From Methanolapillus ohkumae (GTDB taxonomy: Archaea; Halobacteriota; Methanosarcinia; Methanosarcinales; Methanosarcinaceae), in contig NZ_CP131061.1 of assembly GCF_032594355.1 (NCBI RefSeq), forward strand, positions 1,580,011 through 1,604,010: a DNA stretch of 24,000 nucleotides, in the 5' to 3' direction. The notes beneath the pieces were generated by a model. The model made no database searches. It was not told the DNA's origin and worked only from the letters and a program-made list of their open reading frames with translations. Made by a program: the position numbers and the translations under genes. Numbering within the stretch: the first letter of the stretch is position 1; each line of letters starts with the position of its first letter. Below, one piece after another: positions 1-6,562 of this stretch.

Positions 1-2
1 AC

Positions 3-752
3 ATTCGGACGCGGACGGTTCCGGATTCACTTTGGGGAAAGTTGCTGCTGCTGACATTTCCAATTTTAATATTGGAAACCATGAAAATCGGAGCAGAAAT
101 CGGGATTGGATCCGGATTTCAATATATTTTTCAAATCTTTTTTTCCGGACTTTTGATGTTTGTGGCCAGCACCGGACTTTTTTACATGAAAATATTCGGT
201 GGTGCCGACGCCAAAGCACTCATTTGCTTGTCTCTTATTTTTCCGGTTTCGTTTGCGGACATTTTCTCCGCTTTGAATTCCATCGCTTTGGCAACGCTTT
301 TGAATTCCGTTCTTTTTGTGTCTTTCTTGCCAATCTTGTTTTTTTTGAAAAATCTATTCCATTTAAAAAATCAAAATCAAACTCAGAAAATGAATTTTGA
401 CCTGCTTTTGTGTGGAATCGGATTTAGAACCGATATCCCAAAAATAATTCAAAAAAGTAAATCCGGGAAAGATTTTTATTATTTGCTGCTCCTGGAACGG
501 TATGATTTCTCAAGTCCGGACCCAGCGTCAACAAAAAAAATCCGGCTGCAAGGAATAGATTTTCGAGACGAGAATGAAACGGTGTACACTTGCCGGCTTT
601 TGGAATCCATCCAAAGCGGAAAAATCAGCAAAAGCGGATGGGTGACGGTGGGATTGCCGTATTTGGTTTGGATTGCCGCCGGATTTGTTGCCGCCCTATT
701 TTTTGAAAACTTAATTTTAAAAATTATTTTAAAAATCATTGTTTTATTTTGA
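3..752 (+). CDS. A24-family aspartic membrane peptidase (archaeal preflagellin/prepilin peptidase, FlaK/EppA-like); 5' end lies outside the window
   Basis: The frame is open from nt 3, with no stop before the listed TTG at 42. It reads ..IRTRTVPD.., then polytopic hydrophobic segments and 'FGGADAKAL'. These match the two catalytic-Asp contexts of A24 peptidases. Stop TGA is at 750-752. Confidence 0.7.
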   Translation: MRTRTVPDSLWGKLLLLTFPILILETMKIGAEIGIGSGFQYIFQIFFSGLLMFVASTGLFYMKIFGGADAKALICLSLIFPVSFADIFSALNSIALATLLNSVLFVSFLPILFFLKNLFHLKNQNQTQKMNFDLLLCGIGFRTDIPKIIQKSKSGKDFYYLLLLERYDFSSPDPASTKKIRLQGIDFRDENETVYTCRLLESIQSGKISKSGWVTVGLPYLVWIAAGFVAALFFENLILKIILKIIVLF

Positions 753-3554
753 TTTTTTGCCGGATTCATTTTTTGCCGGATTCATTTTTTGAAGAAGAAA
801 AGCTTTGACCAAGCGGGTTTCGCCGTCAGAACAATCTTTGCCGGACCGCTCGACAATGACGGAAGTCTCCAACCGTTTTAGAAATTCCAACTGAAGGCTT
901 TGGATAATATTTTCAATTTCCGCCTGCCTCTTTTCAAAAACAAGACCGGATAAATGAGTAATCCGGCCGGCCAAAATCAACGCTTCCAAATGAGCCGTGA
1001 TTTTAGAGACGGAAAGACCACGAATCTCAGAAATCTCACCAGCGGATAAGCCTTGGGAATATAATTTGTAGGTTTTATTCAAATCATCTTCGGAAAAAGA
1101 CTCACCCGATGCGAAATTTTTTTTCAAATCCATGCCCAAATCAGAATCGGAATCCAAATTCATATCCGAATTCATGTCCGAATTCATATCAGGATCAAAC
1201 TCAATTTCCGAACTCAATTCCAGATCTGAATTCGATTCAGAATCAGACCTCGATTCCAAATCCGAATAAGAATTTGAATCAAAATCCGAATCCGGTTTTG
1301 ATTTTTTTATTTTGGATTTGCTTTTATCCGAACCGGAAACATTTTGTGAACTGCCGGTAGCGGATTCCTCTCCCAAATAATCGACGATTTCCACAATAAA
1401 CAGGCGTCCATACTTATGAAGTTTGTATTCGGCAACGCCTGAAATTTTCAAGAAGGAAACGTCATCCGTCGGAAAATCAGTCGCCATCTGGCGCAAACTG
1501 GTGTCCGCAAAAATGATGTACGGCGGAAGATTCTTTTCGCTTGCGATTTTTTTCCGAAGGATTTTGAGGCGGTCAAACAAAACCGGATCAAAGCTGCCTT
1601 TTTTAACTTTTCTTGCCGGCGGCTTATCAAAAGAATCCAAAGCGGAAACCTTTGTCTTCGATTTTGGTTTTGAGCCGGATTTCGGAGAAACGGGTTCCTC
1701 AAAGGACACCGGACCTTTTTTAGAGGCGGGAACCGAAATCTGATTTTTCTCCAATTCCTCCGACAAAAGAGAGCGTTTGCCGTTATAGACCATGGCCCCG
1801 CCGGATTCATCCGCCCCATCTTCCGATTCATTGTCAAAGCCTGCATCAAAATCAGAATCGGATTCGTTGAAATCAGCCTTAAAATCAGAGTCCGGTTCTT
1901 TGGAATCAACAAGTTCGCCGGCAAATTCATCATTGTCAAAGTCAAGCGGTTCAGATTCAAAATCCGACGGGTCGGCGTTAAATACGTCCGGCTCGGGTTT
2001 CTTCCCGGCTTCGGAAATATGAGAAATCAGCGGCTGTGTCAATTCAACCGTCAGCGTTCCCGCCGTAATTTTTCGGCTCTTTTCATTCAATTTGACAATC
2101 GGGTACCGCTCCCCGCTGACACTTAAATATCCGGACTGAATGAGTTCATTTCCGACACGTTTCCACTCGTCCTTAGAATAATTCTTTCCGGAACCATGAG
2201 CGTCCAACCGGTCGTGCCGAAATTCTTTGACTTTTTTGGTTTTGGCGCCGTACAATACATCAATCACATGCGACAGCCCGAATTTTTGACCGGTCTGGGA
2301 AATACAATCAATCAAAAGACAGGCTTGCGCCGTTCCGTCAAACTTTTTCCGGGGGCGCAGACAAGAATCACAATTGTCGCACGGCTCCGTCCAATTTTCC
2401 CCGAAATATCTCAAAAGTGTATTTCTGCGGCACTCCGTACTTTCGCAATAGCTCATAATTTGAGACAGCTGTTGGAAAGCCAAATCGCGCTCCTTTTTGC
2501 TCGGCTTTTTCTCAATGAAAAAACGGATTTTGTGCCAGTCCCCGCGGTTGAAAAAGAGAATACATTCGCATTCCAACCCATCCCGACCGCCGCGTCCTGT
2601 TTCCTGATAATAGCTTTCCAAATTTTTCGGCAAATCGTAATGAATCACGAAACGAACGTCGGGTTTATCAATGCCCATTCCAAAAGCGACCGTGGCAACA
2701 ATGATATCCACATCGTCGCGGATAAATTTTTCCTGGTTTTTGGAACGTTTGGAATCCGCAAGTCCCGCATGATACGGCAAAGCCGAAAAACCGGCTTTCG
2801 TAAGCCTTTCCGCCAACCGCTCCACCGTCTCCCGGCTTTGACAATAAATAATGCCGGATTTTTTGCGGTTTTTTTTCAGATAAGAAATAATTTGTTCGTT
2901 GGGATCCTTTTTTTCAATAATTTTGTAAGATAAATTCGGGCGGTTGAAACTGGAAATCACCACAACCGGATCTTTCAGGTGCAGAACTGATACGATATCC
3001 TTGCGCACCCTCTCGGTTGCGGTCGCCGTCAGCGCAATCATGCTGACATTTGGAAAATGAGTCCGCAGTTCGGACAGTTTTCGGTATTCCGGGCGGAAAT
3101 CATGCCCCCATTCGGAAACGCAATGCGCTTCATCAATCGCAAACAAACTGATATTGATTTTTTGAAGCAAAGAAAGAGTTCCCGGCATCATCAGCCGCTC
3201 GGGCGCCATATAAAGGATTTTGAGTTTTCCATCCGTTAATTTTTTTCGGACTTCCACAAATTCGGAGTCGGATAGCGTACTGTTCAAATACGCGACGGAA
3301 ATTCCGTCCGCCAAAAGTCCGTCCACTTGGTCTTTCATGAGTGAAATGAGCGGTGAGACCACAATTGCCGTTCCTTTCATCATCAGTGCCGGGATTTGGT
3401 AACATAAAGATTTACCACCTCCGGTCGGCATGAGAACAAAAACATCTTTTCCCTGCAAAACGGATTCAATCACTTCTTCTTGGTTCGGGCGAAAAGAAGT
3501 AAACCCAAAGTTTTTTTCAAGAACCGTTTTCATTTCAGTCCGAAGGCTTGTCAT
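744..3554 (-). CDS. recQ: ATP-dependent DNA helicase RecQ, long form with low-complexity acidic inserts, an HRDC-like block and a C-terminal HTH-like tail
   Basis: It contains 'FGFTSFRPNQEEVI', the Walker A motif 'MPTGGGKSLCYQIPAL', the DEAH box 'FAIDEAHCVSEWGHDFRPEY' and 'YCQSRETVE..LPYHAGL'. The zinc motif C-x16-C-x2-C-x2-C is present as 'CRRNTLLRYFGENWTEPCDNCDSC'. An HRDC-like block reads 'LFDRLKILRKKIASEKNLPPYIIFADTSLRQMA'. Confidence 0.93.
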   Translation of the reverse strand: MTSLRTEMKTVLEKNFGFTSFRPNQEEVIESVLQGKDVFVLMPTGGGKSLCYQIPALMMKGTAIVVSPLISLMKDQVDGLLADGISVAYLNSTLSDSEFVEVRKKLTDGKLKILYMAPERLMMPGTLSLLQKINISLFAIDEAHCVSEWGHDFRPEYRKLSELRTHFPNVSMIALTATATERVRKDIVSVLHLKDPVVVISSFNRPNLSYKIIEKKDPNEQIISYLKKNRKKSGIIYCQSRETVERLAERLTKAGFSALPYHAGLADSKRSKNQEKFIRDDVDIIVATVAFGMGIDKPDVRFVIHYDLPKNLESYYQETGRGGRDGLECECILFFNRGDWHKIRFFIEKKPSKKERDLAFQQLSQIMSYCESTECRRNTLLRYFGENWTEPCDNCDSCLRPRKKFDGTAQACLLIDCISQTGQKFGLSHVIDVLYGAKTKKVKEFRHDRLDAHGSGKNYSKDEWKRVGNELIQSGYLSVSGERYPIVKLNEKSRKITAGTLTVELTQPLISHISEAGKKPEPDVFNADPSDFESEPLDFDNDEFAGELVDSKEPDSDFKADFNESDSDFDAGFDNESEDGADESGGAMVYNGKRSLLSEELEKNQISVPASKKGPVSFEEPVSPKSGSKPKSKTKVSALDSFDKPPARKVKKGSFDPVLFDRLKILRKKIASEKNLPPYIIFADTSLRQMATDFPTDDVSFLKISGVAEYKLHKYGRLFIVEIVDYLGEESATGSSQNVSGSDKSKSKIKKSKPDSDFDSNSYSDLESRSDSESNSDLELSSEIEFDPDMNSDMNSDMNLDSDSDLGMDLKKNFASGESFSEDDLNKTYKLYSQGLSAGEISEIRGLSVSKITAHLEALILAGRITHLSGLVFEKRQAEIENIIQSLQLEFLKRLETSVIVERSGKDCSDGETRLVKAFLLQKMNPAKNESGKKSK
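752..791. repeat. 16-bp tandem duplication 'attttttgccggattc' x2 plus a partial third copy, inside the last codons of recQ
   Basis: Copies lie at 752-767 and 768-783, with a partial copy from 784. The repeat abuts the stop of the convergent peptidase gene (750-752). Confidence 0.8.
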
Positions 3555-3637
3555 TTCAAAACCATTAGAACATTACTCCTAAAAGGGCTTTTGGTTAGCG
3601 CAGTGAAAGTAAAAAGTAATCCAATAAGAAAGTATAT

Positions 3638-3737
3638 GCGGTGAATTGCAATAAATTGCGGTGAATTGCAATGAATTGCGGTGAATTGCAATAAATTGCG
3701 GTGAATTGCAGTAAATTATGGTGAATTGCGGCAAATA
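3638..3737. repeat. 20-bp tandem repeat x5 'gcggtgaattgcaataaatt' between divergent promoters
   Basis: Units are at 3638, 3658, 3678, 3698 and 3718. Units 1-3 each contain the perfect 8-bp palindrome ATTGCAAT, and units 4-5 are degenerate. The array sits between recQ (start 3554, minus strand) and the ORF starting at 3820 (plus strand). Confidence 0.9.
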
Positions 3738-3819
3738 CCCAAGAAAATAGGTTTTATAGATTTAAAAGTATAATATATGAAAATAAAAATAAAACCATGA
3801 GTCAAAAAGGTTTTTTCAA

Positions 3820-4239
3820 ATGAAGAGGAACGGAAAAAAAAAAGGAGACGTTAAAACGGCAAACGCATTGAACAGTGAAATGGTAAAAGAATATGGACTT
3901 AAGGCCGGAGCGCATGTCGTTAGAATTGCCGCTGCCAAAGATTTTGGTTTAGCGCCGGACGGATTTAAACCGACGGACGTTCTGGAAGGATTCCTTTCTG
4001 TGATTGTTTTTGGTTCCCCTTTTCCAAAAGAAACTCTCCTCGGCGATTCAGACTCATATATTGACGTACGAACCGCAATGAATGAAAATGTGTTGAAATG
4101 TGTCCGTCCGGAGCACTTGACAATCCGGCCTCATTCGGAAAGAAAAGTTGTTCCAAAACGATTGTTTAAGATGGTGAATAAAAAGTGGAAAAATAAAGTG
4201 TTATTTATGCCGTACTGTGTGCCCCCATCGTTTTGGTAA
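3820..4239 (+). pseudogene. Probable truncated or frameshifted Fe-S protein gene (N-terminal block resembles QueG / reductive-dehalogenase-like archaeal proteins)
   Basis: The first ~75 aa read 'EYGLKAGAHVVRIAAAKDFGLAPDGFKPTDVLEGFLSVIVFGSPFP', which resembles the N-terminus of that family from memory. The rest of the ORF is basic and atypical. A different frame at 4089-4118 reads 'CVEMCPSGAL', a C-x3-C-P ferredoxin-motif remnant directly preceded by a stop at 4083. Confidence 0.4.
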
Positions 4240-4285
4240 AATGGGCTGATCGCATTTATAGAACAGTTTCATCGAGTGTGTTATT

Positions 4286-4708
4286 ATGGAAAATATGGAA
4301 AAATCAAAACTTGCAATATTTCTGACATTTTCGGGACAGGCGGAAGAGGCGATGCAATTTTATGCGTCCCGCCTCCCGGATGCAAAAATCACAACGCTTG
4401 TGCGTTACGGAAAAAACCATCCCTTTGCCGGAGACGGTGACGAAAATAAAATTCTTCACGGAGCTGTGTCTTTTATGGGACAGGAAATAATGTTTTTGGA
4501 CATGGACGCTGCCCATCCGGCTCCGAATTTTAGCTGGGCGTCGTCCATCTACGTGAATTGCCAAAGCGAAGAAGAGTTTGATGCCGTTTTTGCCGGATTG
4601 GCGAAAAGTGGCACAGTTATGATGGGACCGGAATCGGTCGGACATATTCGCAAGTGCGCGTGGGTGACTGATAAATTTGGAGTGACCTGGCAGCCGGTTT
4701 GGGAATAA
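4286..4708 (+). CDS. PhnB-like / VOC-superfamily protein (3-demethylubiquinone-9 3-methyltransferase-domain family)
   Basis: It reads 'LAIFLTFSGQAEEAMQFY..', '..ILHGAVSFMGQEIMFLD..', '..YVNCQSEEEFDAVFAGL..' and '..CAWVTDKFGVTWQPV'. This follows the family pattern F-x-G-x-A-E-E-A ... C-G-W-x-x-D-K-F-G-V-S-W-Q. Confidence 0.75.
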   Translation: MENMEKSKLAIFLTFSGQAEEAMQFYASRLPDAKITTLVRYGKNHPFAGDGDENKILHGAVSFMGQEIMFLDMDAAHPAPNFSWASSIYVNCQSEEEFDAVFAGLAKSGTVMMGPESVGHIRKCAWVTDKFGVTWQPVWE

Positions 4709-4711
4709 AAA

Positions 4712-4740
4712 AACCGGATGGATCCGGTTCTTAATTTTGC
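4712..4740 (+). terminator. Palindrome 'aaccggat gg atccggtt' followed by a T-rich tail, 4 nt after the stop codon
   Basis: The 8-bp arms lie at 4712-4719 and 4722-4729 and are followed by 'cttaatttt'. Confidence 0.35.
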
Positions 4741-4762
4741 AGCTGCTGTATTTACTATTTTA

Positions 4763-4970
4763 TTGCCGCATCTCTACGGTTTTAGTTTGCTGCGTCTCTA
4801 CGGTTTTAGTTTGCCGCATCTCTACGGTTTTAGTTTGCTGCGTCTCTACGGTTTTAGTTTGCCGCATCTCTGCGATTTTAGTTTGCCGCATCTCTGCGAT
4901 TTTAGTTTGCCGCATCTTTACGGTTTTAGTTTGCCGCATCTTTACGGTTTTAGTTTGCTGCAATCCGCAT
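4763..4970. repeat. 24-bp tandem repeat x8 plus a partial copy, 'ttgccgcatctctacggttttagt', with no spacers
   Basis: Units start at 4763, 4787, 4811, 4835, 4859, 4883, 4907 and 4931. There are four variants, ordered A B A B C C D D. Confidence 0.95.
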
Positions 4971-5032
4971 ATTATTTTCAGCATCGCTGCGACTGTTTCC
5001 ATCGACATATCTATTCATAATTGCAATCCAAG

Positions 5033-5075
5033 AAATTCGGACGCGGGAACGCGTCCGAATTTTCGGGAGGGTTTG
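5033..5075. repeat. Palindromic element: perfect 13-bp arms 'aaattcggacgcg' / 'cgcgtccgaattt' with loop 'ggaa', plus a conserved flank
   Basis: The arms lie at 5033-5045 and 5050-5062. Positions 5056-5071 are the reverse complement of an identical 16-mer at 12519-12534. Confidence 0.85.
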
Positions 5076-5090
5076 TACGGAATAAAAAAA

Positions 5091-5130
5091 TGAAATGAAT
5101 CGAAATGAAATGAATCGAAATGAATCGAAA
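5091..5130. repeat. Short tandem repeat 'tgaaatgaatcgaaa' x2 plus a 10-bp partial copy
   Basis: The copies were read directly at 5091-5105, 5106-5120 and 5121-5130. Confidence 0.8.
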
Positions 5131-5204
5131 CAAATAGAAAAATGAAAAATCGGATTTTAAAAAAATTAAAAAAAGCTGCCATTCAATCTTGTTTATCTTT
5201 TCAA

Positions 5205-5250
5205 AATTTGCGGTCGTAACGCGCGCGGCAACGCCTCAAAACAACAAACA
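5205..5250 (-). other. GC-box copy a: a GC-rich ~30-nt island with a GCGCGCG core, flanked by A/T-rich sequence and AAAACAACAAA
   Basis: 'gtaacgcgcgcgg' at 5216-5228 is identical to the reverse complement of 18331-18343. 'aaaacaacaaa' at 5238-5248 matches the reverse complement of 11633-11643. Confidence 0.6.
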
Positions 5251-5355
5251 AAAAAAATACCCGCCGGTAAATATTTAAAATAAAAAAGAAAAGACGGGCT
5301 TTTGAAAAAAATCAAAAGCCGAATGAATGAATAAAATTAAAATACTTTTTTAAAA

Positions 5356-5550
5356 TCAGTATTTGGGAGCACGTCTGACTTTTCGGGTCACATAGCCGGC
5401 CACTTTGTTGCGGATGACTTTGCTTTCGATGGTGGTGTACTTGGACACGAGCAATTTGTTTTCGTCAAAGTCACCGGTAAAAGCGTCACCGTATGTGTTT
5501 AAAAGTTTAAATGAAATCGTTTTGATATTTGATTGTCTTATGTTTCCCAT
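5356..5550 (-). CDS. rps17e: 30S ribosomal protein S17e
   Basis: The 64-aa product reads '[29 protein letters not shown]......[15 protein letters not shown]', matching the eS17 pattern. A GGAGA Shine-Dalgarno-like sequence lies upstream on the minus strand (reverse complement of 5556-5560). Confidence 0.9.
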   Translation of the reverse strand: MGNIRQSNIKTISFKLLNTYGDAFTGDFDENKLLVSKYTTIESKVIRNKVAGYVTRKVRRAPKY

Positions 5551-5753
5551 AATATCTCCTTCTGCTAGTGTTTAATTCAAATTTAATATTATTTTATTTC
5601 TTCTTTTAAGTCGATGAAATGATCAATAAAATGAAAATGTTATCTTTGGATTTACATTTGAATATCTGATAATCTCCGTAGAGGTCATCCAAATGATTGT
5701 CCTTATTTAAATAAATTCCGTTTCAAATCAAAACTCAGAATTCAAACTGAAAT

Positions 5754-6497
5754 TCAAAATTCAAAACTCATCCCATCATATGCCAGCGGATAATTTTTGC
5801 AATCAATATCGTACGGCTTGTAATAATGACTCAAATGTGTAAAAACCGTATTTTTAGCGCCGATTTTTTTGGCCGTCTCAAATGCGTGATCCGAATTCAT
5901 ATGCTTTTTCACATCCATAAATTCGGGAACAATCGCGTCGGCAATAAAAAGATCCGGATTTTGAATGTAATCTAAGCTCTCTTGCGGAATATCTACCTCA
6001 CAGTCACCGCTGATCACAATTTTATGCTTCCCGTCCGAAATAACAATTCCGGCAGGATGTTTTTCCGGAAAATGCTTGACCTCAAACAACGAAAATTCAA
6101 GTCCGATAAGCGAAAACGGCTCATAGAATTTCACATAATTTTTAGAAGCCGTCAAGAAAAAATAAATGTTTGTAATGTAGTCGACCGTCTCTTGAATGCC
6201 ATAGACGGGAACATTCGACTGAACCCGGTAAAATTCGGCAAATCCGCCGTAGTGGTCATAATGGCCGTGCGTCCAAACAACCGCGTCGACACGTGAAACA
6301 TTCGAGCGGAGAAGCTGTTCGCGCATGTCGGGACTCGTGTCAATAAGAACATTCCCAAGATCGGTCGAGACCAATATCGAAAAACGGGTGCGTCGACTCT
6401 TACTACCCGGATTTTTCGCATCTGTGCAAGCCGGACAAGAACAATTAATCGTCGGCGTTCCCGGAGCATCCCCGGTTCCAAGAAGTGTAATTTTCAT
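5754..6497 (-). CDS. MBL-fold metallo-hydrolase (PhnP-like subfamily)
   Basis: The N-terminus reads 'MKITLLGTGDAPGTPTINCSCPAC'. The metallo-beta-lactamase motif 'WTHGHYDHYGG' is present, and later D and H residues fit the fold. Confidence 0.8.
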   Translation of the reverse strand: MKITLLGTGDAPGTPTINCSCPACTDAKNPGSKSRRTRFSILVSTDLGNVLIDTSPDMREQLLRSNVSRVDAVVWTHGHYDHYGGFAEFYRVQSNVPVYGIQETVDYITNIYFFLTASKNYVKFYEPFSLIGLEFSLFEVKHFPEKHPAGIVISDGKHKIVISGDCEVDIPQESLDYIQNPDLFIADAIVPEFMDVKKHMNSDHAFETAKKIGAKNTVFTHLSHYYKPYDIDCKNYPLAYDGMSFEF

Positions 6498-6562
6498 GAA
6501 AAAGCCACCCGCTTTTTTAAATTATTTATATTTCTTTTTTCATACTTGTGAATTGAATGAAA

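Noticed and set aside
3-13. 'attcggacgcg' at the left edge matches the arm of the palindromic element at 5033-5045.
   Set aside because: It lies inside the peptidase coding frame, where it encodes the conserved I-R-T-R context. It has no partner arm. It is probably a chance match in a CGG/CCG-rich codon background.
1109-3405. Multiple ORFs within or antisense to recQ (1109..1360, 1423..1743, 1448..1960, 1792..2022, 2196..2933, 3057..3239, 3133..3405, 3220..3402).
   Set aside because: They are shadow ORFs of a gene with an unambiguous RecQ reading frame. Their products are low-complexity or arginine/proline-rich nonsense.
4763-4970. A possible CRISPR array, given regular 24-bp repeats.
   Set aside because: The units are directly contiguous with no unique spacers. 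There are no cas genes and no leader in the window. It is a minisatellite.
4718-5093. ORF-track entries 4718..5020, 4737..5093 and 4760..5008, which encode repeat 'proteins' (PHLYGFSL.. and similar).
   Set aside because: These ORFs are open in several frames on both strands only because the 24-bp unit lacks stop codons. The ATG at 4718 lies inside the terminator-like palindrome, and there is no ribosome-binding site.
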